Below, one piece after another: positions 14,553-28,104 of a DNA stretch of 64,000 bases. The DNA comes from Geosiphon pyriformis uo1. Taxonomy: Eukaryota; Fungi; Glomeromycota. A model generated the notes under the pieces. That model was not told the origin of the DNA, did no database searches, and saw only the letters and a list, made by a program, of their open reading frames with translations. Every line of letters begins with the position of its first letter. The stretch's first letter is position 1. The position numbers and the translations under genes were made by a program. The stretch is taken from NCBI GenBank assembly GCA_016748015.1, contig JAAOMT010000175.1:408212-472211 (forward strand), written 5' to 3'.

Positions 14553-15074
14553 AATGTAATTGTATTTTTTATAAAATTTTATATTTCGTTTTTATTTATT
14601 ATTTAGGTTTTTAACTAAATATTTAGTAAATCTTATATTAAGTTTTTTAGTTTAAAGTATAAATTGAGGAAATTTTTTTAAATATTAAACCAAATCAAAA
14701 CCACAACAACAAAAACAACAATAATAATAATATTATTTTTATAATAATTAAATGTATTATAAAATAATTCTTTTTTAAATTAATAAGTAATAAACATTTT
14801 TTTTGTAAATTTTTGCGATATTTTAATATTATATAAATAATAATAATTTATTAATATTATAATATATTACCATTGCATAATAAAGATAATATTTTAGAGA
14901 AAACGTCTTGGATTTAATTGTTGGCTTTGCAAAAAAAATTAAAGCGTCAGAATAAAGATCTATTATTAGATTTGATCTTAGCTGATTTATGACTAAAATA
15001 TTGGCCTATGAGTCATAGTGTAACTTGTCCTTGAAAATTTGCCTTCGCTGAGCGAATAATCAAATTTTATCACA

Positions 15075-15702
15075 ATGGTCAAATTGGAAGAGGTTTGTCT
15101 ACCTAACTCAAATCTCCCTTGGATATGTAAGGGCTTATCCAGATTAAAACAATGAATTTTGTGTTTTCAAGATTGCCGAAGGTCAAGAAATTCAAGAGGA
15201 GGAAGGATTATCGGACGCCGCTTCAAACTACTCCTCAGATTCTGGTGCTTCAGAATATGAGGAGTCAATTCTCGAAAGGTTATGGGCCTTACGTGACATG
15301 ATACATCAAGACACGCGTGAATCGATATCAAATAACGTAACTAGGGTCTGGAGTTATGGAATGCGAAGTGCCAGTTTTCTTGGAAATACTCTATGGGTTC
15401 TGACCACTTCAGCCATAATACTCGTTTTACCGCTTGCTATTGAGCTAGAAAGGGAGCAAGCGATCATGCATATGGAAAACGAACAGAAAGCATTGGTAAT
15501 ATTTTAATGTTTGATGTCAAAGAATCGCAATTTTCAATTATTATATTTTCTCAATGACTGAAACATATTATTTCTTTGTTTTTTTTACATCAATTGACTA
15601 AACGCCTGGGTTTAGATGAATCAACAACCGACTCATGCTTACAATTCTTCAGGACAGCCTCAACAACCTGGGCGTGCTTCATTTATTCCTCCCGGTTATT
15701 GA
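15075..15702 (+). CDS. TOM22: Mitochondrial import receptor subunit Tom22 (3 exons)
   Basis: MVKLEE|acidic region, ESILERLWALRDMI, TM segment GNTLWVLTTSAIILVLPLAIELEREQ. Confidence 0.92.
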
Positions 15703-16160
15703 ACAGATCGCATTAATGAAGAGATGCAAAAAAAACGAGAAAAGAACAAAGGTGATTATTTCTTGTCTGTCGAATGAAGATCTTTTCTACCTTAAATGTT
15801 AAAGAATGATAATTGATCATTGGAAATATATTTTTAAATGACTATTGTCAATTCAGGTTCTATTGACAAGTCCTAATATCTGGTAACAGGAAATCGATAC
15901 TTGGTTTTTTTTTGTTATTTGCTTACGGTCTTGATGTGCAAAGTCGATCTTAGTGTAGCGAAGGAATTAGAGTTTTTTGCCCAATTCACAGATTATTAAA
16001 GATTTAAGATATATCTAGTATCATTGTACTGTAGGAATTAAATTGGATCTACGAATTGTGTCAAAGCTTGTGACTCGTAGGCAAACTAGATCTAATTTGT
16101 CAGATCTTTATATACAATAACGGGTAGATTTTTAAAAAACCTTTTGGTTGACAGTGAACC

Positions 16161-17166
16161 ATGTCACAATTACGAATTCTCGTTGGTAAACCATTTTCGG
16201 CTGTATAACCCTTTGATTTAGAATTATTAAAATTTCGGTTAACTTTCTCCTTAAAATACCTTGTTCTTATAGGCTGTAAACGTGTAATTGACTATGCGGT
16301 CAAAGTTCGTGTCAACCAAACAAAAACTGGTGTAGAAACGGCAAACGTGAAGCATTCTCTCAATCCATTTGACGAAATTGCTGTCGAAGAAGCAGTACAA
16401 CTGAAGGAACGTTTAAGTGGTAGAATCTCGGAAATTATTGCAGTTACATGTGGACCCCCGAAAAGTCAAGAAGTATTACGAACCGCTCTGGCTATGGGTG
16501 CTGACCGTGCAATTCACGTAGAAGTTAAAGAGGAAGTTATATTGCAACCTTTAGGGGTTGCAAAGCTACTGAAAACTATTGTTGAAAAGGAAAGGCCAGA
16601 TTTAGTTATTCTGGGCAAACAGGCCATTGATGATGACGCTAATCAGACTGGCCAGATCTTGGCTGGTCTATTGAATTGGCCACAGGCAAGAAATCCTTTT
16701 ATTAACCTTTCAGATTAGATATTATATATCTCACTTCAGTTTTTGTTGTAGGGAACATTTGCCTCCAAACTTGAGATCGATAATGAAGCGGTTAAAGTGA
16801 CTCGTGAGGTCGATGGTGGTATGGAAACGATAAGTACCAAGCTGCCTCTAATTGTGACAACAGATTTACGGTAGGAAGTTTATTTTGATCGGTGATCATT
16901 TAAATAGTATGTAAATTGCGAAATAACTCTCATTCACATCTTTATATCAAAGATTGAATGTCCCTAAGTTCGTTACCCTTCCTAATATCATGAAAGCAAA
17001 GAGAAAACCTATAAATGTAATTAAAGCAGACGATTTGAAGGTTGATATCACTCCAAGACTCGAGACACTTTCTGTGACGGACCCACCTACAAGACTTGGC
17101 GGTGCCAAAGTGGAATCTGTGGATGAGTTGATTAGTAAACTGAAAACGGTTGGAGCTTTGGATTAG
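16161..17166 (+). CDS. ETFB: Electron transfer flavoprotein beta subunit (4 exons; intron 2 is GC-AG)
   Basis: LRILVG|[53 protein letters not shown]|[23 protein letters not shown]. Confidence 0.97.
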
Positions 17167-17247
17167 GACGAATCGATTCACACAATTCTCCGGATACTCC
17201 CTTTCAAATCATCTTGTTAATAGTATAATTAAATCTCCAATTTTTTT

Positions 17248-18028
17248 TTAAAAGTCACCCTGACTATCCCAATTTTTCAAGTCATCCTCCTCCTCTTCAT
17301 CTTGATTTTGCGGTAATGGAGGGAAGCCAACAACTAAAAAATAGAATTGAATAGAAATAATCAGATCCTGAATAGAAGGTTAATTTAAATAAAAATCAAG
17401 AAAATATAGATTGACACATTATAAAATGAACGTCTCACTTACGTTCAGCAGTTCCAACGTTATCAGACCAGGTCCAATGATATGTCCATCGGTAACCACA
17501 GTGTTTATCGGTACAGGCATAGAACAAAGTCATCTTTGTATCAAGTCGACGTGAAGGAGACTGAAAAAATACGGCTTCCAAATTATTACATTTGGGACAA
17601 GTCTTTTTGGTACGAGGCAAAGTCGGATCAGCGGCTAAATCCTTGATTTCGGTGGTAGTTTGTTCACTATGGGATAATTCAATATTTTATTTGTAATGGA
17701 ATTTCTTGAATTCAAGGGTTTTAGTTTTAGGCCCAAAAAAACCTTATAACGTCTACATCGTTCTTATACACGCATTGGTTGTCAGACGGCTCTTGATATT
17801 CACAGTTGCGACAAGCGTAAGCCAAGATACGAGTCTCCTTATCTTCTCTTGGATAAAGCATATTGTTGCTAAGGTAAATAGATTCCCAAACCCACGCCAA
17901 ACAATAAAGTTATTAATTTTTCAGTTGTATGAGATCACATTTTTCTAGGTTCAGCTTTTTGACGGAAAGCAGGTGAAAGATAAATGAAAAGAAAATTACC
18001 AGTCGGCACAAAATTTGAAGCTTGCCAT
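17248..18028 (-). CDS. RPB9: RNA polymerase II subunit Rpb9, with a probable extra 3' exon (unspliced form stops at 17435)
   Basis: [10 protein letters not shown]|[18 protein letters not shown]; [32 protein letters not shown]. End coordinate assumes the extra exon. Confidence 0.93.
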
Positions 18029-18622
18029 TTTAAAGTTTCGGTGGGGATAGTTGAATTACGCGATAGTGGGTGTTTATTAAAGCACAATGATCATCGGTTA
18101 TTTAAGAACATTTAGTTTTTTTTTTAGTTGGAAGGAACATTTTGTTCTATTAATAGTATCATACCCTATGACGATCATTTAAAAAGTCCGAGAAAAAGAT
18201 CATGGTTATTTCTAATTTTCCAGAGAGAAATCTTTATTTAATTCAAAGTTCAGAGTAAAATAACTTTAAAAATAATTTATTATAATCAAAAGGTATAAAG
18301 TTAATTTTAATTTATCAAAAAATACCGAATTATAAAATATGTGTTACATTTAATCAAAAGATACTAAAATTTGAATGTAATTTATGATATATATAATATT
18401 TAATAAATCAAAAAAAATCAAATTTAAAATCAAAAAATCAAAAACCCTTTTTTTTTTGTTTGTTTTTTTACTATCACAAATTTTTTTATTCCCGGTTTTT
18501 TTTAAAAAAAAAAGGTATATTTTTAATTATCATTTAATAAATCTCTAATGTTGCATAAAAGATTTTCACAATTAAATCGTTTTTGCGAAACGATGTGGAA
18601 AATTTTTTTGCTTCTAGAGTTG

Positions 18623-18640
18623 GGAAAGAAAGAAGAAAAG

Positions 18641-18673
<33 letters not shown>

Positions 18674-18768
18674 GAAAAAAGAAAAAGAAAAAGAAAAAGA
18701 AAAAGAAAAAGAAAAAGAAAATGAAAATGAAAATGAAAATGAAAAAGAAAAAGAAAAAGAAAAAGAAA

Positions 18769-18814
<46 letters not shown>

Positions 18815-18818
18815 TAAT
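18623..18818. repeat. Compound microsatellite (AAAAG)n/(GAAAAA)n/(GAAAAT)n/(AAT)n
   Basis: Directly visible. Confidence 0.95.
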
Positions 18819-19575
18819 AATTTATCATCGTTTTAGGATGATTTAAGTAACAAAAGCTAGATGATTGATTAGATAATATATATATATATTTTAAAATTTT
18901 CAATAGGTTTTCAATACTATCAACAAAAATACCAAATGAAAAAAAATTAATAATAACAGCAAAATAAAAATAAAAATAAAAATAAAAATAATAATAAAAA
19001 TAATAATAAAAATAATAATAAAAATAATAATAAAAATAATAATCCTTTGAAACAAAAATTTTAATTTCTTGAGACCTTGCTACATAGATTTAAAATACTC
19101 GTTTTTGTTCCTAATTAACATCAACATCAACATCAATCAACATCATCAACAATAATAATTTTTAATGTATATTACGATACATGTATAGGTATTTATATAA
19201 TATATATATATATACATTTTTGAATAAACATTCTTCAATTGACTGAATTCGTTATTTAAGGAAAAATTTCCGATTTTTTGTGTGTTGTTTTTACTAATAT
19301 TTTGAATGAAAAATTGAAAAAGGTTAGATAATTAAAATATTCTTATTATCTTGTAATAGGGTTTTTTTTTATTTTCAAAAAAGTAATAAAGTTTTTTTTA
19401 TGGGTAATAAAAGAAATTTTTATTTTTCCGAGTTATATATATTATGTATATACATATAGACAGAGATATCTCATAAAAAAAGGGATATATTAAATGAACG
19501 TGGTTTTATTCATGATTTTTAGCGAACCTGCCATGTGGGACATGAAAAAAGTATTTCAAATTAAATAATTTACCA

Positions 19576-19616
<41 letters not shown>

Positions 19617-21901
19617 TAATCTGTATAATGCTGAAGTATCTTTTAGTAGAAAAAATTGTTACAAAAATTATGAATCAACACAAAATAGAATTTTTGAAAA
19701 AAATTTGCACTCTCTGCACAGAACATCATCATTAATTTATAATTGATGATTTTAAAAAAAACTGGAACCTATTCAAAAAAATGGAATAAATAACAATTGA
19801 ACTTTTTTTACTTTTGTGTTGCACTGCGGTCTTTTTAGTAAAAAAAAAAAAAAATTGGAAAAAAATAGGTTCGGTCATGGCATGAAAAAAAAACCGGGAT
19901 TTTGAAATGATTGAAGCCGAAATTATTATTTAATGTATTATTTGTGATGATGACGTTACTTTTTGATTGACTAAAAACGATCAGGTTTTTTGGTTCAAGG
20001 AAAAATATGCATGAGACGTTTTATCTGCGGGGGGCGATGAAAGATTAGGAAGCTCTCTTTTAAAATTTACCAAATCTTAACTTCAATAAACAGTCCTGTT
20101 ATGTATCACGACGCCAAATTTTCGTCATTGTAAATTTTGAAAATTTTTTTTTGCTCTTCTTTGTTGTCAATTCTCTTTTGTTTTTTTCCCATTTTTAAAA
20201 TGATTTTGACAGTCACTCTCTAATAAGCATTGACACTCAAATATTATCACCAGGGTAATGGCGTTTCTTTTTTTTTTTCTTGTAATCTTTCTATTGGCAA
20301 TAAAAATATAAAATGAAATCATTTACGTTATACGCATGTTGCAGATTTGTAAGCTTCAATTAATATATTTAGAATTGATTAACTGAAGAGATTCTTGTAA
20401 TGTGACATAAAAAGATTGGAATGTGATTATTTAAAATAATTTTATAGATTATACCTTGCAAATGATCGAATCGTTCTGAATTTGTTCAACTACGTTAGCG
20501 GGCTCGACATTACAACATTATGCTTATCAGAAAGATACCCACGTGGATATTTACTATTTTGGGGGAACAAAAGAGACCAAAAAAGGAGTTTTAGTACCAT
20601 TGGCGGGGGAAGCATTTTATGAATATGAGAAAAATTTCTCATGAGAATGGGGGGAATATCATATATACACAGACAACACACACATACAAATACAATTGGA
20701 GAAAAAATTCATGCATTTTAACCAATATTAGAAAACCTCAAATGTCAACTTTTCATGGCTAACGTGTCAACTTCATTTACAATTGTTATTTGTTCTAGGC
20801 TTATTTCGAGACGTTTTGTTCCATTTTTAAATATCTACATAATTATAAGACATTTTAAATCAATAAATATATATACATTTTTTTCCCACGGCTGGTTGAA
20901 ATTTGCATGATCTGAATGTTTGTGATGTTTTCTTTAATCTAATCCTTGAATATATCACAAATATATTCATCGGTTGATCCATGTTTAGATTAGTGATATC
21001 CTTTTCAAGTTCTGATCATCGTAAAAATGGAAAATTCAACGATGTGACAAGAAGCCCCTTACACCAAATAAAGATAAATATACGCCAAAGAGGGCTTTGT
21101 GCGTATGGTGTAAAATAAGGATAAATTAATGTTGTGTAAGAGGCTTTATACACATATACAAACAGATAACATATAACAGAAAAACCAATTATCAATTGAC
21201 GATTTCCCCCCTTCCCTAATAAATGTACAATGTTAAAAGTTTTTTTTTTTTTTTTTATGTAATACAGGATTTCGCCTCCGATAAAAAAGATTTAGGGTAA
21301 CACCAATTTTTGATTCCCTTTAACTACTTATAAAATACCCAAGCAACAACAAAATCAAACACACACAAACCATAATTGAACATTTAAAATTACTAATAAC
21401 TTACTCCTTCAAAATAAAAAAAATTGTTGAATTTCCGAATCAGATCAAATTAAATTTAAATTTTAAGGCTGTTCTTCTGCCATCCTTTTTTTACTTTTTG
21501 TTCACGTACACACAGCACACACACAGTACACAGTACACAGTTTAATAATCACTATAAAGGTAAGCTTTTTCTATTATAATAATAATAGTAATAATAATAA
21601 TTATTATTATAATTATTATAATTATTATTAGTGTGTTGTTTCGATACTTATTTTACCTTTTTCCGAAACTTCTTTCCTGTTTATTCATTAAAAAAAAAAA
21701 AAAAACAAATTTTTTCAATTATTCTCTTTGACCAATTATAATTGTATCCAAAAAGAAAAAAAACGGTTGATTAAAATCGGCCATTCCTATCTTTTTTTTT
21801 TTTATAAAACACTGTAAGTATACTTTACTTTTGCTTTCTCTTTTTTGATAATTTCTGCTTTTCCTTTTTCATATAAAAAAAGTTTCTTATACACGTAATA
21901 G

Positions 21902-21934
<33 letters not shown>

Positions 21935-22102
21935 ATATTTATCATAATCATAATCATCATCATCATCATTATCATCGTCATTATTCATTCATCTATTATT
22001 ATGGACATTATTTCCAATCATATACTAGCGTTATTTTGACTTGCTACTGCGTTCTTCATTTGTTATTTCTTTACTCACATACACACACATATTATATTAT
22101 AA

Positions 22103-22133
22103 GTGTCTGTGTCTGTGTGTGTGTGTGTGTGTG
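22103..22133. repeat. (TG)n microsatellite; (ACT)n/(ACA)n tract nearby at ~22420-22535
   Basis: Directly visible. Confidence 0.9.
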
Positions 22134-22450
22134 TCCGTCTCTCTTGTTCAAACAGCTTTTATGTTCCTTTCTTTTTTTTTTTTATGAACGGACAAAAAAA
22201 TTTTATCTACCTTACCGTACCCTTTTTTTTTGCCACCAACTTTTATATCTACAAGTACTATCGACCTACTTTTTTTTTAATAGTTGGTTCTTGAATTATT
22301 AAACAACTTTGTAAATACTCAGCAACACTATATACGGAACTAATATTCTCTTACTATTACTCACTATATTTTATTTTCATACTTTACTTTTACAGTAAAG
22401 TTATTCAACCTCTTTTTACTACTCTATTACTGCTACTACTATTATACAAC

Positions 22451-22481
<31 letters not shown>

Positions 22482-22736
22482 AACAACAACAACTACTATT
22501 ACTATTATTATTATTACTACTACTACGAATACTACTTATTAATATTACGACAACGCGTGTTTTAAACTTCTATTTATCGTTTCTCTAAACAAACGAACAA
22601 CACATACCGCAAAAAAATCAAAACTCTCGAGCTCCGTTTGCATAAAGTTTTTTGAAACTCGGAGAATCGGAGAATTTCGAGATTTTGGAAGTAATCGTAA
22701 CACGTTAATGTTCTTGTATTAAAACTTTCTTCCCTA

Positions 22737-23166
22737 ATGGCCTATAATCAACGACAATACACGCCTACTCATCCTTCTAATGCTCAGCGTTATGGCTTTC
22801 CACAAAATTATCCTTCGGCAGCTCAACCACAACAATCTTCTCAACCTGCAACAAGTCTACTTCCAAACGGTTTAACACAACATAATGCCGCTGCTGCTGC
22901 CACGAATTCCTCATATAATACAAATCCATTAAATTATGTGAATACAAGACCTCCTTACTATTCACCACAAACTCAAAATTTATCTAGCTGGAAAACATGG
23001 CAAGACAATGGAGCCACTAATTCGCCTTCTTCACAAACAAATCACGGGGGAGTATTACAAAATAGTCTTTATAATCCCACCAGTGTAAGTGGCAGTGGTG
23101 GAAATACTAGTGGATTTTCGCAAAACAACAATAATTTATTTAGTACTACCGCCACAACTGCTCATC

Positions 23167-23207
<41 letters not shown>

Positions 23208-26200
23208 AGACAACAACAGCAACGTATGCAATCATCTCAATTACAACAAAGTTCTGCTGCTCATCTACCTTACAGTACAAATCATCAGTCTTCAATTGGT
23301 AAGAATTTCGGGTTGATTATTGTTTGTGTTACAAGATCTACGGCGCAGTTGTACGACATTTATTAGTCGGCCATTCTTATTATAACCCAACTCAATTCAA
23401 ATGTTCTTTTCTAAATTAAGAAACATTTTAATGATAATTGTTAGTAAATGATTGTTTTGCAACTTAAAAAAAAAAGAACAATCACATGTGTAAAACCTTT
23501 AAACGATTAATCTTCTTATTAATTTTATTAATATATCATAATTTTTTTATCTCTTTAAATAGCATCTCATTCATCATCTAATTTGGGTTTACCACAATTT
23601 CATACAGCTAGTGGAGGTGGATCAAGTTCAAATACGACACAATCACCAGTAACACAACATGGTAATAATATGCTTTCGCTTCCCACTCCAACCACTTCAT
23701 CGTCTCCAACCAATCTTCGTCAACAGACACAACAATGGTCGATGGATCCGAGTAATGCGGGTCTTAATAATTTTGGAATGACTGCCATTAATATGTCAAA
23801 CGTGAGTAGTCTTGTAAGTGGGTTCTCGGGGGGAAGATCTATGGCCGACAGTACTTCAAGTCAGTTCAGTGTTGACGTGGAGACGGTAAGATTTCTCTCA
23901 ACTGATCATGCTATCATATTATATCTATTATTATTCTTCATTGATATTTATCATCATCATCTAAAAATTATTTACAATTTTTATATCACTTTTACTTTTA
24001 GGCGGGAAATATAAATACCGATGATTTAACGGATAGTTCACTACCTGAAGTGACTACATCACCATTAATTTCAAATTCTACACCTACCACCCAGCAAACC
24101 TCTCTATCATCAGGCCAACAGCAAACTTATCTTAGCGGTGGCGGTATTGGTTCTCGATATTCCAATCAACAACAATCACATTCTCAACAAAGCCAATCGC
24201 AACAATCACCTCAAAGTCAGACAGCGGTTCAACAATCGCAACAAATTGTTGTCCCTCGTCAACAACAACAACAAACTAGAAGATATAATACTCCAACATC
24301 ATCTCCCAGCGCATCAATCAATAATATCAACGATTCCCCAATAGGAACTTCTGTTAGTAACGCAGCTCCTCCAAAACGAACTTCCGCCGAAACTAATAAT
24401 GTATACATGTCAGGGATTTCCCAAAGAAATAGCAATGTAACCGCTCACTCTTCTGGTCTAAATAATTATGTAATGAATGCCCAACATGGACCCCAATCAT
24501 ATCATACTCCACAACAAACTCAACAAGCTGCTCAATCAAGAATGCCTTCATATCAACAGCAGCAATCTCAACATGAAAGTTTTTTGTCTTCTAATGTTGG
24601 AGTTGGATTAACTGGTGGTGGATATTCATCACAACAAGCCACCTCAACGTCTCAATTACTCCAACAACAAGCGGCAGCTCAACAACTGCAGCAAGCTCAG
24701 AATCAATCTCATCAACAACAACAACAACCATCACGCAGCCCTTATCAAACATATGCATCACCACAATCGTCAGGATCACATATCCAACAGCAAACGGCAC
24801 AACATCGTTCGACAATTGGGGGTTATCCTAACACTAATACAAGTACTTCAAATTCAAAAACTTCAACAAGAAATTCAAAATCACCTGCAATAGCAAAATC
24901 AGTTGTACAACCTTATGTTATTCATCCAGCTGCTCAACAATCTACATCCCAACAACAACAACAACAACAACAGCAGCAGCAGTTGCCAGCTCATCAACAA
25001 ATGCAACATCAGCAATTGCAACAACAGCAACAAAATCAACATCATCATCCACCACAACTTAATCAACATCAACAGCATGGGCAACATCAACAACAGCAAT
25101 CACTTCCATCTTCATCATCACAATCGCATTCACAACATTCTCAGCATCAACATCAGCAGCCAACCCCAAAACAAATCCCACGTCCTGTATTACCTGGCGG
25201 AGGAGTTCCGTCACAAAATATCTCTTATCATCAATCTTCATCCCAAAATAATTCCGGTTTACCTTCTCAGTCCAAATCTGCTTCCTCAAATAATACTTCA
25301 CCCATGATGACATCATCTTCACTATCAACAAATTCCCTACCAAAAAATATGGCATTACCGCCTAATCAATCACTGGTGTCTCCATCATTGTCCCAAACTA
25401 AAATCCCAGCTCAATCTGCTCCTCCTCCTCCACCACCCACCGTGCCTCAAACTACTGTCAAATCTGAGAATAAAGTCAAACGTCCGATGAATGCTTTCCT
25501 AGTTTATTCAAGTGAACGTAGACCACAACTGCAAAAACAAGATCCAAGTATGCAAACTTCTTCTGTGAGCAAAATTTTAGGTGATGAATGGAAAAATATG
25601 AATCCGGTAAATATTATAATTGCATTTCATGAACTAGCTTGAATTTTAATTTTTCATCATCTTCCCAACTAAATTCTAAACCGATCCCTTTATTCCAATT
25701 CCAATTCTAAACAAATAGCAAGAAAAAGAGCCATATAATGAAAAGGCCCGAATGCTCAAAGAAGATTTCAAAAATAATAACCCAGATTATGTTTACTCGA
25801 GAGCTAGCACAAGTAAAAAGAGAAATTCGACTTCATCGGCTTCAAAATCCAACCCAGTCGTTCCTGTTGTGCAGCCATCCCCTCAACAACAACCGCGAAC
25901 ACAAATACACCATGCAGCTCCAATAGCAGTTCCAACTTCTTCAACCAATGTGATCGCACTGGTATATTTTTCAAAGATTTTCCTAAAGATTTTGATTTTA
26001 ATCTTTTTAATCAGTTCGATCACTAACTTTGGTGGAATATTCTCATCCCAATAAAACAAAAAGCCACCTGTAACCCCATCAATAAACGGTGGAATGAATC
26101 AATCAAGAATATCCGCTCCTCATCAACCCCCACCCCCAACACCAACCTATTCCGCTCCTCCACCTCAACATACTCCACCTTCATTACCCCTGCAAGTATT

Positions 26201-27099
26201 GCAAAGAACCACTCTGGTAACAAGTCGTACTCAATCGACTCAGACTCCTCCTACTCCAACAAGAACGCCGCTGTCGTTAGCATCTTCATCTTCTTCCTCG
26301 GTGTCTATGAGCCGAAGAGATCGAAAATTGAAAAGACCGATGAATGCTTTTCTCATTTATAATAAGGAGATGCGGCCAAAGGTTTTGGAATCAAACCCTA
26401 ATATGACTGTGGCTGAAATTTCAAAAACAATCGGCTCGAGTTGGAGAAATATGTCTGAGGTAGGCTTTTTATTATTATGTTATATGTCTCCTTTATATTA
26501 ATTAAGAAAAATTTTCCATGATTAAATGATTCACTAAAAATCAATTCCACCATTCTTTTTCATTATAGGAGGATCGAGAGAGATATCTTCAGCGTGCAAG
26601 GGAACTGAAAGACGACTTCCATAGCTCTCACCCGGAATTCGTTTACACCCGACGTTCAAAAGCAGAGCTTGCCGCTGCTGGACATCATGGATATTCGAAA
26701 AAGCGTGGTTTTAATGGAAGTTCTGGGTCTGAAGATGATGATCCGCGTCATTCTCGAAAAGATCATCACCATCATCACCATCATCATCATCATGCCGGTC
26801 CCTCTTCAGGGCCTGGTCACAAAGATCCAAGAGGTCGAAAGAAAAAGCGAACTCGTCATCCAACCGCTCCAAAACATCCCATGTCTGGCTTCTTATTTTA
26901 TGCTTCGCATATGCGTCCACAAGTCTCTCAACAGCACCCAGGTAGTACCGTGGGTCCTATCAGCAAAATCATTGCCGCTGAATGGAAAAAGCTCACCCCA
27001 GAAGAACGACAACCTTGGGAACAGAATGCTGCTGCGGACAAGGCCCGCTACGCGAGAGAGATGGAAGTCTATTTGCAAACTCAAAAAGAAGAGGAATAG
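22737..27099 (+). CDS. ~1219-aa Gln/Ser-rich transcription factor with three HMG boxes (exons 22737-23298, 23563-23885, 24002-25606, 25719-25961, 26064-26459, 26569-27099)
   Basis: Six exons join in frame (3660 nt). Box1 KVKRPMNAFLVY..SKILGDEWKNMNP|QEKEPY; box2 KLKRPMNAFLIY..ISKTIGSSWRNMSE|EDRERY; box3 APKHPMSGFLFY..ISKIIAAEWKKLTPEERQPW..DKARYAREM. Confidence 0.9.
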
Positions 27100-28104
27100 A
27101 AAATTGGAAATTTAATATCGAATGAATTTTTAGACGCGCGCTAAATATCTTCCTCTTTTTGTACAGTCTTGATTATTGGACTATTTAAAAAATGAGCGAA
27201 AACAATCTGTGGCAACTTTAATCATCATTATCATTACTGCCTACCTCTTTCCTTTCGATGCAGTCATCTCTGGACAATCGCAGCAATCATTTTGTTGTAA
27301 ATTCTTTTTTCTTGTAAAAATTTTTGTGCATTTCCCAATTTTTTCGAAAATATACATACATAGTCTTTTTTTTTCTCTGATTAAAAAAATCAATTCCATT
27401 TTGAATTGAGCATGTGATTGAACATGCAAATCCTGTTAATATAAATTCAGATCTCTGACTGGCGTATATTTTATCGTCAGAATTAGTACTTTGGAGAATG
27501 GTTTAATTAAAGAAAAAAGCATCGTTGAACCTTGATCTATCAAGGTTCCTTCTAAACTAACTTGTTCAAATTTTTGGGGATTTGGGTAAAAGATTCTTTG
27601 ATCTGAATAGCGTTTGTCATTTGATGATTTCGAGTAGGTGACCTTTGGAATTTAACTTTAATTAAACGTAAACGCGCACGTCTTGAAGTATGTTTTTTCA
27701 CTGTAAATAATAATTACTTATTTGGGAATCACTGTGTTTCTTAGTATATAAATATTCCGGAAGTTTCGTTTGTTGAAAATGACGAAAAAGGATTCATGAC
27801 AAATTCATTGTAATAAATAATACGAATTGTTATGAATATATATTTGTTTAACAATTCATTTTTTCTTACTAATCATCCACAATTGTTAATGGCGTAATTG
27901 GAATAATTGGTCTCTAAATGAATAGAAATCTCTGCCCAAATTGTAAGATGGGATAAACTGCTAACGAAGTAATTCAAGGTATCAATTTGAAAGTTTTAGT
28001 ATAAAACATTAACCAGAGCACCTAACACCTTTCTTTTCATTTTGATTTTATTAATCCTCCTCTGAATAAATTTTAAATTTTAAATTTTATTTTCACTATC
28101 TATT

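Noticed and set aside
18523-18903. ORFs of 126 aa (-) and 87 aa (+)
   Set aside because: Translations of microsatellites (poly-K/N and poly-I/FL).
22737-27099. HMG gene as a Mucorales-type sex (MAT) locus
   Set aside because: SexM/SexP are short single-box proteins flanked by triose-phosphate transporter and RNA helicase genes. Here the flanks are RPB9 and ALDH, and no homeodomain pair is present.
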